In this document: piece after piece, positions 19,034-30,021 of the stretch
How the letters are laid out: every line of letters begins with the position of its first letter
How positions within the stretch are numbered: the first letter of the stretch is position 1
Assembly: GCA_038883775.1 (NCBI GenBank)
Contig: JAVZLM010000004.1
Location: forward strand, 1 to 64,000
Length of the DNA: 64,000 nt
Reading direction: 5' to 3'
Source: Candidatus Bathyarchaeia archaeon
GTDB taxonomy: Archaea; Thermoproteota; Bathyarchaeia; Bathyarchaeales; Bathycorpusculaceae
Made by a program: the position numbers and the translations under genes
Notes under the pieces: model-generated
What the model was told of the DNA's origin: nothing
Database searches by the model: none
Seen by the model: the letters and a program-made list of their open reading frames with translations, nothing else

Positions 19034-19434
19034 GATTCTTTGATTTTTTCGGCTTTTTCAACAGCCTCTTTTAGGCTTTTGCTAACAAGTTTCAATTTGG
19101 TCTCCTTAATCATTGCTATGCCGCGACTAGTAATTATTGAACCTGTCCAAACAATCACGATAAAGATGAAGAAGAAAACGCAAACATTGCTGAAAACTGC
19201 TATTGCCTTAACAAAATCGTTGGCGCCTTCTGGGATTTGGACAAACTGTGGAATTTGCGATTGGCTAACAAACGTGATGAGTGCTAAGATGGCTGGAATT
19301 ACTATTAAGATTAAGCCTAATGCAAGCAGTACATAGCCAATAATTTTTTCCACTTTCTTTTCTGGTTTCATAAAAGTAACTAGCTTCTTCATTTTATAAA
19401 AAGTTTTATTCCAAAAATCATTTTCATAAAACAA
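19030..19434 (-). CDS. Hypothetical membrane protein
   Basis: Two TM segments; true start probably downstream (MKPEKK). Confidence 0.55.
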   Translation of the reverse strand: MFYENDFWNKTFYKMKKLVTFMKPEKKVEKIIGYVLLALGLILIVIPAILALITFVSQSQIPQFVQIPEGANDFVKAIAVFSNVCVFFFIFIVIVWTGSIITSRGIAMIKETKLKLVSKSLKEAVEKAEKIKES

Positions 19435-19455
19435 AATTAATTATTTAATTTTAAA

Positions 19456-19803
19456 GTGTTTTATTTTAAAACTAGGATAGGTGAATCTATGGGAAATGGA
19501 GAAAATTACCGTTTAGTCATAACAGTTAAAGAAATGCGAGGGAAATGTCCAGTCTTCAAAGTTGGAGACAAAATAACAATAGAATCGCCGAAAATTGTTA
19601 TTAACAAAACTGATAACCTTTGCGTTCACGCTTTTGGCTCATTGCTTTCAATGATTGTTCCATTGAGCCATGGAATAAGTTTTAAACAATTAGGCTTGTC
19701 GAAGGAGGACGGAGAAAAGGGTTATATTCAATGTTTAGATCCTGGAAAACCATACACGGATGGCGGAACAGTACTCTTCGAGATAAGGCGAGAAAAAATC
19801 TGA
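19456..19803 (+). CDS. TIGR04076-like protein
   Basis: GKCPVFKVGD, LCVHA, QCLDPG motifs. Confidence 0.7.
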   Translation: MFYFKTRIGESMGNGENYRLVITVKEMRGKCPVFKVGDKITIESPKIVINKTDNLCVHAFGSLLSMIVPLSHGISFKQLGLSKEDGEKGYIQCLDPGKPYTDGGTVLFEIRREKI

Positions 19804-19856
19804 AGTTATTGTTCAAAAAACTTTTATTTTATGGTGTTGAATAGGCTAACCATTAA

Positions 19857-20354
19857 GTGGTTAACATGACTTTCATAAGCATACTTCGCTTTGTATTGCT
19901 TCTAAGCATTAGCATGATTGCGAAGAGGGGAGGATCTTGGTGGGATAATATTATCGGCGAACTTGGCAGAGGACTTGCAATAATCTTTTCCTTAGCTCTT
20001 TTCTTTGTCGGTTTATTGGGATTAACCGTCGTTCTTTATCTTTCTGGACTGATTGTTGTTGGTGAAAAACGAGCCCGTTTTTCAGATGCCTTCATCATTG
20101 CTCTTCTTGGAACCGTTTTGTCAACGCTTTTCTTTATGTTCATCCCCTATCCTCTACTAGGTTTAGCGCTTAGCATTATCACTTGGCTTCTTCTGGTCAA
20201 AAGTCTCTATGAAACGGGCTGGCTTGGGTCGTTGGCTGTTGGCATACTGGCAATAATCATTTACTTGACTGTGTTCATTCTATTGGCTTTATTCTTTGGC
20301 ATTCTCGTCATCATAATTGAACGTCTCCTCTCCTTCATGATTTTAATCCTTTAG
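19857..20354 (+). CDS. Hypothetical membrane protein
   Basis: Highly hydrophobic ORF. Confidence 0.6.
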   Translation: MVNMTFISILRFVLLLSISMIAKRGGSWWDNIIGELGRGLAIIFSLALFFVGLLGLTVVLYLSGLIVVGEKRARFSDAFIIALLGTVLSTLFFMFIPYPLLGLALSIITWLLLVKSLYETGWLGSLAVGILAIIIYLTVFILLALFFGILVIIIERLLSFMILIL

Positions 20355-20364
20355 AGGTTTCAAA

Positions 20365-20907
20365 TTGTTTGGTGAAAAAACCAGAACTGTATTTTTAGGT
20401 TTAGCCTTTCTAATTTTTCTGCTACTTTCTTATGTTGAAAACACAGTTTTCTTTCAGAGTTTGAGTATAATTCTCAGTAATCAACTTATAGCGGTTGCCG
20501 TGTTGTTTATCCATAACCTTCTTGTGATTTCGCTGATTCTTTTGGGGATGAGTTTCTACGTTAATTTGGTGGTTTTAAACTTCTTTAAGAGGGAAAGGTA
20601 TGGAAATATTGTCCTGGAGCATCCGAAAACCTTTGCGCTAGTTTTTACGGTTATGATTGTTTTTTTGAGCATTTTGAGGGGAGGTTCTCTGCTTGGCGGG
20701 ATAACTGTTGAGGCTTTGCCTTTGATTCTGCTTATAAGTGCTCCCATAGGGATTGTTGAGGGTTATGGAATTTACTTGACAATAGAGAAGACTCTGAGCA
20801 GAACTATGTCTATGAAGGATTTAGCGTACATTTACGGCATATTCCTAATTGCAGCAGTCATAGAAGTAGGCTTTGTAAATTTGCTTATAATTGTTTTGAA
20901 AGCGTAA
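20365..20907 (+). CDS. Membrane protein (SpoIIM-like)
   Basis: IHNL, P.GIVE and AAVIE motifs; multi-TM. Confidence 0.55.
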   Translation: MFGEKTRTVFLGLAFLIFLLLSYVENTVFFQSLSIILSNQLIAVAVLFIHNLLVISLILLGMSFYVNLVVLNFFKRERYGNIVLEHPKTFALVFTVMIVFLSILRGGSLLGGITVEALPLILLISAPIGIVEGYGIYLTIEKTLSRTMSMKDLAYIYGIFLIAAVIEVGFVNLLIIVLKA

Positions 20908-20958
20908 AACGTAAAACCTTAAAATGTTTATTTAAGCTATGTTTGGAGCGCCAAGCAA

Positions 20959-22167
20959 ATGAAGAGGTTGTTCCATTACGCTTCAGATGAAGAAATAAAA
21001 CGCGGCGAAACCACAGACATATACTTCGTTAGAACAAAACAAATCATGGAAGCGAAAGGCTTAGACAAAACGCCAGTAATCGCTGATGTCACGCCCGGCA
21101 AGCTTCCGCACGGTTGGTCTTGGGGAATTTTATGCGGAATCGAAGAAGTCGCCCACCTATTTGAAGGCATAACGGCGGATGTTTATGCTATGCCTGAAGG
21201 AAGTGTTTTCCGACATGAAGATTTTAGAGGCGTAAGAGAACTAGTCATGCGCATTGAAGGACCCTATGGCAATTTCTGCCTTTATGAAACGCCTCTTCTC
21301 GGCTTGATTTGTCAAGCTTCTGGCGTGGCAACAAGGGCTGCGAGGATGCGCAAGGTTGTTGGGGATAAAACGTTAATTTCCTTTGGAATTCGCCGCATGC
21401 ATCCAACGCTTTCTCCCATGATTGACCGAGCCTCCTACATAGGCGGTTTTGACGGCGTCTCAAGCCTAAGCGGAGCAAAAATTTTGGGAATAGAACCTTC
21501 TGGCACTATGCCCCACGCCTTAATAATAGTTTTTGGAGACCAAGTTAAGGCTTGGAAAGCCTTTGACGAAGTAATATCGCCTAAAGTTCCAAGAATTGCA
21601 TTGATAGACACTTATTCTGATGAGAAGATGGAGGCTATAATGGCTGCCGAAGCCCTAAAAGAACGCTTATACGCTGTGCGCCTTGACACGCCAGCCTCAA
21701 GAAAGGGCGATTTTGCAGAGCTTATACGCGAAGTAAGATGGGAGCTTGATATTAGAGGGTTTAATCATGTGAAAATTTTCGTTTCTGGCGGATTAAACGA
21801 GGAAAACATGAAAGAACTATGCGAAGCGGGAGCCGAAGGCTTCGGTGTTGGCACAGCCTTAAGCAATGCGCCAACAATTGATTTTGCCATGGACATTGTT
21901 GAAATTGATGGCAAGCTATGCGCTAAGAGGGGTAAGATGGGCGGCAAAAAACAGGTTTGGCGGTGCCAAAAATGTTTGACGGATTTAGTTTTACCTTTTG
22001 ATAAAGCGCAGCCTAAATGTCCAATTTGCGGAGGCAAAACTGAAGCTATGCTCAAACCATTAGTGAAGGATGGAAAAGTAGTTGGTAAATTGCCAAAGCC
22101 CGGTGAGATTCGTCGGTATGTGCTGAAGCAACTTGAGAAGCTTGAAGTTGAAGAAAAACTTGCCTAA
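20959..22167 (+). CDS. pncB: Nicotinate phosphoribosyltransferase
   Basis: TDIYF, FGIRR, GTMPHA, IDTY, VRLDT, SGG motifs; C-terminal Zn ribbon. Confidence 0.92.
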   Translation: MKRLFHYASDEEIKRGETTDIYFVRTKQIMEAKGLDKTPVIADVTPGKLPHGWSWGILCGIEEVAHLFEGITADVYAMPEGSVFRHEDFRGVRELVMRIEGPYGNFCLYETPLLGLICQASGVATRAARMRKVVGDKTLISFGIRRMHPTLSPMIDRASYIGGFDGVSSLSGAKILGIEPSGTMPHALIIVFGDQVKAWKAFDEVISPKVPRIALIDTYSDEKMEAIMAAEALKERLYAVRLDTPASRKGDFAELIREVRWELDIRGFNHVKIFVSGGLNEENMKELCEAGAEGFGVGTALSNAPTIDFAMDIVEIDGKLCAKRGKMGGKKQVWRCQKCLTDLVLPFDKAQPKCPICGGKTEAMLKPLVKDGKVVGKLPKPGEIRRYVLKQLEKLEVEEKLA

Positions 22168-22229
22168 ATAAGGCTTGTTCTAAACAATAGACTTAAAAAC
22201 TTCATAATGAAATCAGAATGTGATGGCTA

Positions 22230-25040
22230 ATGCCCATATTCTATGCTGTTAAGCGTGTGTTTCGTTCATGGAAACTCTTTTTGGCATTATTGATAGGAAT
22301 AACTTTAGCATCGGCATTCTTTGCAGGAATAGACATCAAAGCTAATGCAACTGCAAGACAAGCCCTTGACCAACAACTTAGAAATGTGTACGTTGACATG
22401 CAAGCAAACATACAAAACCTTAGCAACTTAACAAAGTTACTTACAGTTCGTGAAAAAGTTTTAGATGTAAGTGGAGTTGTGGATGCTGAAATAATTTCAA
22501 GGGTTTATTGGGTTCCAATAACAATTTCAGATGAAAATGACTTAGCGAAGGAGGATATAACAAGAATAACAGCCATAACAAATTATTCGCAAGTTTACAA
22601 GGGATGGTTGAACAGACCAGCGGAAGAAATCGGGGAAAATGAAACCTACATTCCAGAGAACACAGCTTTAGCAAGCATAGTGAAAATCAACGATATAATC
22701 CAAGTAAACTTTTCCACCTATAATCCCCGAATCAATATTAATGCTCAAACCAATATGTTATTAAATCTAACAGTGAAAGGTTTCGCCCAGTTAGATGATA
22801 AGGCTTCTGCAATTGCTTCTGGTTATCAGCAGTGGTTTGGAACGCCTTTTCGAACAGATATTGTATCTCCAAAAACTCAGATGGATTTTCTCCTTCTTAT
22901 AAGCTGGGAAAAAACAATGCAAAAAATTTTGGCAGCAATACGAGATTTATCATATTTGCCGTTGGAAACAAGCCTTCTCGTTTACTTAAACCGTGACGCT
23001 TTGATAAATCCATGGGACATAGGCACGTCCCTAAACAAGATTGAGAGGGTAAAAAACAGCATTGAAAACATAATATATTATCATCTTGGCTCTGGCGCTA
23101 TGAGTATTCAGAACAATTTGGAATGGCGTCTGCAAACTTTTCAATTCGTATCTATAGGCATAAGATTCATGTTTACTCTTGTTTCTCTTCCAATATTTTT
23201 TATGGCTTGGTATCTGGGAACAACCGTTTCAGACGTTTCCTTCAATTTGAGGAGACGAGAAATTGGGCTATTATTAACAAAGGGTTTTTCAAGGGGTCAG
23301 ATTCTACGCACATTCTTGACTGAGACTTTGCTGATAGGGTTGATTGGCGGAGCCCTTGGAGTATTCTTAGGCTTTCTCTTAAACCCGTTATTTACACAGT
23401 TCAGCACAGACATGCTGTTTAACCTAAATCTAATTAGCCCCTTCACTGTAAGCTTCACAATAGCCTTCGGCGTTATCATGGCTTTCCTCTCAACCTATAG
23501 CTCAGCAAGAAAGGCTTCCCAACTCCCCACAGTAGAAGCACTCAGAGAATATTTACCAATGGAAATAGAGAAATCCTACAAGAAAAGGTGGCCCATGGTT
23601 GCGTTAATTCTGGGAACATACAAAATAGCAGTCTTTCTAAGCGGCGTAAACATGACTGTGGTTTTGATGAGAATAATGTTTGGTGGCGGAAACTTCATTC
23701 TCATGCTTCTTGTTGGAATTTTCATGTTCGTAGATTCGATACTTAACTACATTGGACCATTGCTTTTCTTTTGGGGATTCACAAAAATGTTTATTCAAGG
23801 CTCATTGGAGTTTCAGCAATTAACAGCGAAGGCAGCAAAGTTCTTCGGAGATTTAGGCGTTTTAGCTACAAAAAACGTTAGACGAAACCCCGCCCGCTCT
23901 GCAGCCATCGCCTTCTTAATCGCTTTGATAGTCGGCTACAGCGTTCAAGTTAATGGGCAATTAGCCAGCGAACAAGACTACGCCATGAGAAGAATATACT
24001 ACCAAGTTGGCGCAGACATCGCCGTTACTGTTCCAAACGCTAATGATGCACCAGAAATTCTAGACGCTATTATGGCAAATGTTTCCGAATTTGTTTATAA
24101 TGCTACAATTGAATATTCGTTTTCACGTGGCAACATTCTCATGAAAGCGGTAGACCCAGATACTTGGTTAAAAGTGGCCTATTACGAAGGTGAATGGTTC
24201 AGCGGAACAGCTGTGACAACAGCATTCAGTAATCTAGCCGCAGATAACCACACAATCATTTTAGAACGTTACGTCGCCGAATCATATGTTAATCTCACAA
24301 TCGGACAAACCCTATACTTAAGCTTTGATTCGCAACCCATAGGGCTTAGAGTTGTTGGCTTTTTCGGACCAAGCTCAGAATCCCAATCCCAAATTTACCC
24401 ATTCCAAATGCCCATAAGCAGATACTGGTCCTATGTTTCTCAAGGATTCATGGAAGAAATCAGCTCCTACATAAGTCCTTCAGCAAAAATCCTATTAAAG
24501 TTAAAGAATGGAGCAGAGGGAAAAACTGTTGCCAATAACATTCGCAACTTAGAATTGCCTATCACTCTGGTGCAGTCTTTTGCTGAGGAGTGGGAGAAGG
24601 CTCAAGGAAATGTTATTGAAATGGGCACATTGGACGTTCAGAGGTTGGGCGTTGTTTTCGCGGTTTTAGCAGCCTCTGTAGGAACAGCCCTCATAAGCGT
24701 TGTCAGTTTAAAGGAGAGAAGTCGCGAAGCCACAATAATGAGCGTTAAAGGCTTATCCTATAAGCAGTTGGTCATAATGTTTTTGACGGAAAACCTTGCC
24801 CTAGTAACCTTTTCTGTAATATTTGGCATTTTTGTAGGCGTTATAATTGTGTATGGAAATATTTCCTCTTCTAACGTCATGATCTCAGAACTTGTTAAGA
24901 GGCGCCTAGTCTTCCCATTAGACACAACTTTAATGCTTGCTTCTTGTTTGGCGCTTATTTTTGCAGCAACAATCCTTCCAATCCTAATCATGTCAAGAAG
25001 ATACGTCACAAAACTGGAAAGGATGGTTCGCCTAAGATGA
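22230..25040 (+). CDS. ABC transporter permease (FtsX/MacB-like, duplicated)
   Basis: RRREIGLLLTKGFS and ERSREATIMSVKG FtsX motifs. Confidence 0.85.
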   Translation: MPIFYAVKRVFRSWKLFLALLIGITLASAFFAGIDIKANATARQALDQQLRNVYVDMQANIQNLSNLTKLLTVREKVLDVSGVVDAEIISRVYWVPITISDENDLAKEDITRITAITNYSQVYKGWLNRPAEEIGENETYIPENTALASIVKINDIIQVNFSTYNPRININAQTNMLLNLTVKGFAQLDDKASAIASGYQQWFGTPFRTDIVSPKTQMDFLLLISWEKTMQKILAAIRDLSYLPLETSLLVYLNRDALINPWDIGTSLNKIERVKNSIENIIYYHLGSGAMSIQNNLEWRLQTFQFVSIGIRFMFTLVSLPIFFMAWYLGTTVSDVSFNLRRREIGLLLTKGFSRGQILRTFLTETLLIGLIGGALGVFLGFLLNPLFTQFSTDMLFNLNLISPFTVSFTIAFGVIMAFLSTYSSARKASQLPTVEALREYLPMEIEKSYKKRWPMVALILGTYKIAVFLSGVNMTVVLMRIMFGGGNFILMLLVGIFMFVDSILNYIGPLLFFWGFTKMFIQGSLEFQQLTAKAAKFFGDLGVLATKNVRRNPARSAAIAFLIALIVGYSVQVNGQLASEQDYAMRRIYYQVGADIAVTVPNANDAPEILDAIMANVSEFVYNATIEYSFSRGNILMKAVDPDTWLKVAYYEGEWFSGTAVTTAFSNLAADNHTIILERYVAESYVNLTIGQTLYLSFDSQPIGLRVVGFFGPSSESQSQIYPFQMPISRYWSYVSQGFMEEISSYISPSAKILLKLKNGAEGKTVANNIRNLELPITLVQSFAEEWEKAQGNVIEMGTLDVQRLGVVFAVLAASVGTALISVVSLKERSREATIMSVKGLSYKQLVIMFLTENLALVTFSVIFGIFVGVIIVYGNISSSNVMISELVKRRLVFPLDTTLMLASCLALIFAATILPILIMSRRYVTKLERMVRLR

Positions 25041-25933
25041 AAGGTTTAGACATAAAAATTAGAGATTTAGTGAAAGTCTATCGCATTGGCAAGATTGAAG
25101 TGCAAGCCCTAAGAGGATTAAGCATGGACGTCAAAGCCGGCGAATTAATATCCATTATTGGGCCGAGCGGAAGCGGAAAAACAACACTTCTCAACATTGT
25201 AGGCGGCTTAGACCAAGCAACAGCTGGAAAAGTGCATGTTGGCGAAACAGAAGTAACAGCCCTCCCGACAACACAGCTCGTTAACTACCGAAGAAAAATC
25301 GTCGGCCACATATTTCAAACACTAAACCTAATCCCAACATTGACAGCCGCAGAAAACATCGAACTTCCCATGATAGCCTTGGGCGTTCCAAGAAGCAAAA
25401 GAATCGAACGCACTCAAGAACTACTAAAAATCGTCGGTTTAACAGAAAGAGCTCACCACAAACCAGAAGAACTAAGCGGAGGAGAACAACAGCGCGTCGC
25501 CATAGCAGCAGCCCTTGCAAACGATGCCCCAGTCCTCTTAGCGGATGAGCCCACAGGCGAGTTGGATACTGTTAATGCAAAAATAGTTGTCGATTATTTG
25601 GTTAAAGTGAATAGAGAGCTTGGCAAAACAATAATAATGGTAACTCATGACCCAAGTGTTGCAAGAGCCGCCGACAGAATCTTAAGAATAGAGGATGGCG
25701 TAATAAAAATGGCTTTAACGCCATCAGAAGTTATAGCAGAGGAGAGGGCTGTTTCCTATATTGACCAATTGAGGGCAAGAATAAAGGAAATAAACACTCA
25801 ATTACAGCAGCTTGATGAAGACTTTAAAGTGGGCAAAGTGACAGGAGACGAATACGTGCAAAGGAGACAAAGCCTCAAACAAGTTATGGACGGTCTAAAA
25901 GAAGAATTGCATAGAATGGGTGTTGTGACATAA
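25037..25933 (+). CDS. ABC transporter ATP-binding protein (LolD/MacB-like)
   Basis: [21 protein letters not shown]; ATGA overlap with the permease stop. Confidence 0.92.
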   Translation: MKGLDIKIRDLVKVYRIGKIEVQALRGLSMDVKAGELISIIGPSGSGKTTLLNIVGGLDQATAGKVHVGETEVTALPTTQLVNYRRKIVGHIFQTLNLIPTLTAAENIELPMIALGVPRSKRIERTQELLKIVGLTERAHHKPEELSGGEQQRVAIAAALANDAPVLLADEPTGELDTVNAKIVVDYLVKVNRELGKTIIMVTHDPSVARAADRILRIEDGVIKMALTPSEVIAEERAVSYIDQLRARIKEINTQLQQLDEDFKVGKVTGDEYVQRRQSLKQVMDGLKEELHRMGVVT

Positions 25934-26013
25934 TTAAGCAAAGTATAGTTTGATTATGAATGGAAAATTTGAAAATCTTATATACTCCCATGGCAATTGT
26001 AGATTTGAGCGTC

Positions 26014-26322
26014 ATGGCTGAGATTTGTCCAATATGCGGGCTTCCTAAGGATTTGTGCGTTTGCAGCGAAATCGAAAAGGAGCAACAGAGAATCCGCATA
26101 AGACTTGAAACACGCAAATTCGGCAGACCAACAACCATAGTGGACGGCATAAACGACAAAAACACAAATTTGGCCAATATAGCCCAGCAACTAAAAAGCT
26201 TCTGCGCCTGCGGAGGAACAGCGAAAAACGGTCAAATAATGCTACAAGGAGACCACCGAGAGAAGGTTAAGCAATACTTAGTGAAGCTTGGATATCCAGA
26301 AGAAAACATTGAGCTTCAGTAA
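26014..26322 (+). CDS. sui1: Translation initiation factor aIF-1/SUI1
   Basis: CPICGLP..C.C, LKSFCACGGT, LQGDHR. Confidence 0.92.
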   Translation: MAEICPICGLPKDLCVCSEIEKEQQRIRIRLETRKFGRPTTIVDGINDKNTNLANIAQQLKSFCACGGTAKNGQIMLQGDHREKVKQYLVKLGYPEENIELQ

Positions 26323-26347
26323 TTGCCGTAAGAAGGAGTAAGCCCAA

Positions 26348-26551
26348 TTGAAACTGCTTGAAAATATACGTGAAGTATTTCGGATGCTAAAACATAGACA
26401 ACCGTCAAAAATTTATTGTCCCCGATGCGGAAGCCCAAAAATTCATCTGTCTAGCAGCCTCGATTATTGGCTTACACCAAAAAAGTATGTTTGCGAAAAC
26501 TGCGGATACACTGGTCCACTAGTCATGGAAATCGAAAAAGAAGAAAGTTAA
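26348..26551 (+). CDS. Small zinc-ribbon protein
   Basis: CPRCGS..YVCENCGY. Confidence 0.7.
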   Translation: MKLLENIREVFRMLKHRQPSKIYCPRCGSPKIHLSSSLDYWLTPKKYVCENCGYTGPLVMEIEKEES

Positions 26552-26574
26552 AACTGCATAAAGCGCAGTTATGA

Positions 26575-27513
26575 CTAATCAGGCAGTTCAAGATTCAATT
26601 GCTTCTTCAATGTTTTGTAGCGGTTTCTAACAGTTACTTCTGTAACACCAGCAGCCTCAGCAATATCTTTTTGAGTCTTCTTTTCATCGCTCTGCAAACA
26701 AGCGATATATAAGGCAGCAGCAGCCAAACCCATAGGGTCTTTTCCGGCAGCAGCCCGCCTCTTTCTTGCTTCCCTCAAAATCTGAACAGCCAAACCCTGG
26801 GTTCTGCCGCTAATCCCCGTTCGCTCAGCAATTTTTGACACATATGTTAGCGGGTCCGCAATGGGCATTTGCACATCCAACTCTCTCAAAAGCAACCTAT
26901 AGCAGCGGGCTACATCTTTCCTATCGACAAGGCTTGCCTCGGCAATCTCCCTAAGCGTTCTTGGTGTCCCGCTTCCACGACAAGCAGCATACAAGGCAGC
27001 AGCCGCTATCGCAGCAATGGATCTTCCACGAACCAAACCCTTGTCTAAAGCCTTGCGGTAAATTACAGCAGCTTTCTCCTTAATTGGTGGAGGGATATAC
27101 ACTTTATCAGAAAGTCTATCCAACTCAGCCATAGCCTGAGCCAAGTTCCTATCAATAGAACTGTGCACACGAGAGCGAATTTGCCATTTTCTCAAGCGCC
27201 ACATCTGCAACCGTGTGGAAAGAGGAAGTTTCCTTCCAAAGGCGTCGCGGTCAACCTGACTTATGGCAGTTGACAACCCTTTATCATGAACAGAATATGA
27301 TGTTGGCACTCCAACACGGCTTCTTGAAGCCTTTTCCTCTTGAGTGAAAGCTCGCCACTCGGGGCCTTTATCCATCATTTGCTCATACAAAACAAGTCCA
27401 CAATCGCCACAAACAGTCTCTCCAGTATCATAATCATGAATAAGGTTTACACTACCGCATTCTGGGCATTTATCGATTAGACGTTGGCGGGTTCCACCTT
27501 CTTTCTTGCTCAT
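26575..27513 (-). CDS. tfb: Transcription initiation factor TFB
   Basis: Zn ribbon CPECG..CGDCG, GPEWRAF B-reader, two cyclin repeats. Confidence 0.97.
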   Translation of the reverse strand: MSKKEGGTRQRLIDKCPECGSVNLIHDYDTGETVCGDCGLVLYEQMMDKGPEWRAFTQEEKASRSRVGVPTSYSVHDKGLSTAISQVDRDAFGRKLPLSTRLQMWRLRKWQIRSRVHSSIDRNLAQAMAELDRLSDKVYIPPPIKEKAAVIYRKALDKGLVRGRSIAAIAAAALYAACRGSGTPRTLREIAEASLVDRKDVARCYRLLLRELDVQMPIADPLTYVSKIAERTGISGRTQGLAVQILREARKRRAAAGKDPMGLAAAALYIACLQSDEKKTQKDIAEAAGVTEVTVRNRYKTLKKQLNLELPD

Positions 27514-27729
27514 TTTCCGTCACCCTAATGTTTGCAGAACCGTCACCTTTCGCATTCCTCATCTGGGACTTCGGAATTAGAAAACAGCACATCCGGCCCC
27601 CGGTGAGCCTAATTAGATGAAATGTTTCAATATATAAATTTTGCGGTCTGGTTGAAAATATCTAGCTCACAAATTTTGAATACTTATATAAGCTACAACT
27701 TCGTAGAGGCAAAGGCGAAGGGAAAACCA

Positions 27730-28845
27730 TTGATAAAGCTTCCAGAGAAAATAAGAAGAACCCTGGAAAGGATAGTGGCAGAGTTTAGGGTTAAAGAAAA
27801 CATTTATGGTATAGGATTGTTTGGAAGTTGGAGCCGAGGAGATGCTGCATCCTCAAGTGATGTTGACCTATTCTTTCTTGACAAAAGCAGCATTCCCGAT
27901 GAGTATGTGGAAAGGATGGAAGTTAATGGATTATTCATAGATTTGGACCATGTTCCCAAAAAATGGATTCATGGGCCCATCCCTCCAGAAATAGACCCGA
28001 AACTTTATGAGATGCAAATTCTCTACGACAGAGACTGGTCATTGACAAACACAAAAATTCTTATGACTAAATCCTATGCTTCACCTGAAAGGGTTGACAT
28101 TAGAATCGAAACCCACATTGTAGACGCCGACATTTACCTAAGCCGTGCCACTTCAGCCTTCTCCAGAGAAGACTTCCGCAGTGCACTTCTTTTTGCCAGT
28201 TTAGCCCTGGAGAATATTCTTAAAGTTTTAGTTGAAATAGCCCTTCAACCTCTTTCAAACAGTCGATTTTTAGAAAACCTCGAAGCTTCAGCAACAAAAC
28301 TTGGAATGGAAAGCCTTTTCAAGGAATTCATGGAAGAAACAAGGTTGAAAGAAGCAAATGGTGAAAAAGTTAAGGAAAAGCTAAGGCTTTTCAAAAATAT
28401 CTGGGATGAGATGCAAGCCACCACAAGACAGAACATGCAAACCCTCGATTCCATTCACTTCAAAGTCAAAGCTAAACTCAACTATTATCTGAATCCAGCC
28501 TTTCTGCAAGGCGCCATAATGCGCACAAACTCTTTAATAGAAACTGAAAAATTCTCAGAAGCCTCCCACTATTTAAAGGACATACTCCTCAGCACTATTG
28601 AAAACTATGTTTGGCTAAAATCCACCATTGAAAAGGTAAAGATAGACTATACAACTCTAATGCGCTCCTTGGAAAAACTGGAAGAGAAAAACCCAAAAAA
28701 CTATGAACGAATAATAAACTTTCTAAATCTAAACAACATCGACAAAAGCAACGCAAATCATATTATTAACAAAACTCGTGAAGTAATCTTTAAAATACGC
28801 AAGAATAGGAAAGTTTTAATCAAAAATCACTTAATAAAAACTTAG
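27730..28845 (+). CDS. Nucleotidyltransferase-domain protein with helical (HEPN-like) C-terminal region
   Basis: FGSWSRGD...SDVDL Pol-beta-type motif; start placed at TTG 27730 (ORF open from 27622). Confidence 0.75.
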   Translation: MIKLPEKIRRTLERIVAEFRVKENIYGIGLFGSWSRGDAASSSDVDLFFLDKSSIPDEYVERMEVNGLFIDLDHVPKKWIHGPIPPEIDPKLYEMQILYDRDWSLTNTKILMTKSYASPERVDIRIETHIVDADIYLSRATSAFSREDFRSALLFASLALENILKVLVEIALQPLSNSRFLENLEASATKLGMESLFKEFMEETRLKEANGEKVKEKLRLFKNIWDEMQATTRQNMQTLDSIHFKVKAKLNYYLNPAFLQGAIMRTNSLIETEKFSEASHYLKDILLSTIENYVWLKSTIEKVKIDYTTLMRSLEKLEEKNPKNYERIINFLNLNNIDKSNANHIINKTREVIFKIRKNRKVLIKNHLIKT

Positions 28846-28866
28846 CTTAACAACATGTTTCAAGGA

Positions 28867-28942
28867 AGCCCGGTGGTGTAGTGGACAAGCATAGCGGGCT
28901 TTGGACCCGCAGACGAGAGTTCGAATCTCTCCCGGGCTACCA
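28867..28942 (+). tRNA. tRNA-Gln (UUG)
   Basis: Cloverleaf AGCCCGG..CCGGGCT-A-CCA; anticodon stem GCGGG/CCCGC with loop CTTTGGA; A1-U72. Confidence 0.96.
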
Positions 28943-29009
28943 AAAAGCTTAGGGGCTAGGAGAGATACGAAATGTTTAAGGCAAACCACGTATATTCTAA
29001 AATTTTCAT

Positions 29010-29954
29010 TTGGAGCGATCGGATACAAAAATGAGCATATCAAAAATTGGAGAATACATTTACCTTATTGACGTTCAAGTTGAAGGAATAAAGAATTTTA
29101 TTGGCAGTTACATACTGAAAGAAAAACAAGTGGCAATAATTGAAACAGGTCCCACATCGTCTGTGCCAAATCTGCTTTCCGGCTTAAAAGAATTAAATGT
29201 TAAGCTTGAAGAGGTAGCTTACGTGGCTGTTTCTCATGTCCATCTTGACCATGGAGGAGGCGTTGGAACACTATTAAAGTTTCTGCCTAAAGCAAAGGTA
29301 GTTGTTCACCCAAGAGGAGCACCTCATCTGGTGAATCCGGAAAAACTTTGGCAACAATCAAAAGGCGTTCTGAAGGGCATAGCTGAAATTTATGGCAGAC
29401 CAGAGCCAGTTCCCGAAGAAAGGATCATTGCTGCCACGGATGGCATGACATTTGATATTGGAGAGGCTGATGTTAAGTTAAGAGTTGTGGAAACTTTGGG
29501 ACACGCTTCCCATCACCAAAGCTATTATGAACCATCAAGCAAAAGCCTTTTTCCAGGGGATGCTGCGGGCATTTATCTAAGCGAAATCGACGCAATCGTG
29601 CCCACAACGCCTTCGCCTTTTCGCTTGGATATCGCCTTAGCTTCCTTAGATAAGCTGATAAGCCTAAAACCTAAAGTGTTATGTTATACTCATTTTGGCA
29701 GAGCAAGCAAGCCTCTAGAAAAACTTCAGACATATTCACATCAGCTTAATCTTTGGGCACAAATTGTAAAGCAAGGCTTAGAAAACGGGGAAAGTTTGGA
29801 AATGATAAGTGAGCGAATAATTAAGAGCGATAAAGCTCTTCAGAAGGCTTTGGCGTATATTAAGGTTCATCCAGTTTTAAGCCAAACGGTGTTAAACGAA
29901 AGTTTGCGGGGTTTTATTGATTTTATAGAAAAATTCGGATGGAACCCGCAGTAA
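29010..29954 (+). CDS. Metallo-beta-lactamase fold hydrolase
   Basis: SHVHLDHGGG, GHASHH, GDA, THFG. Confidence 0.9.
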   Translation: MERSDTKMSISKIGEYIYLIDVQVEGIKNFIGSYILKEKQVAIIETGPTSSVPNLLSGLKELNVKLEEVAYVAVSHVHLDHGGGVGTLLKFLPKAKVVVHPRGAPHLVNPEKLWQQSKGVLKGIAEIYGRPEPVPEERIIAATDGMTFDIGEADVKLRVVETLGHASHHQSYYEPSSKSLFPGDAAGIYLSEIDAIVPTTPSPFRLDIALASLDKLISLKPKVLCYTHFGRASKPLEKLQTYSHQLNLWAQIVKQGLENGESLEMISERIIKSDKALQKALAYIKVHPVLSQTVLNESLRGFIDFIEKFGWNPQ

Positions 29955-30021
29955 TTGTTTTGGTATAAACGCCAAAATTGTTTATATTCCAGCCACAATA
30001 TTCGTATAAACTGGTGAAAAA

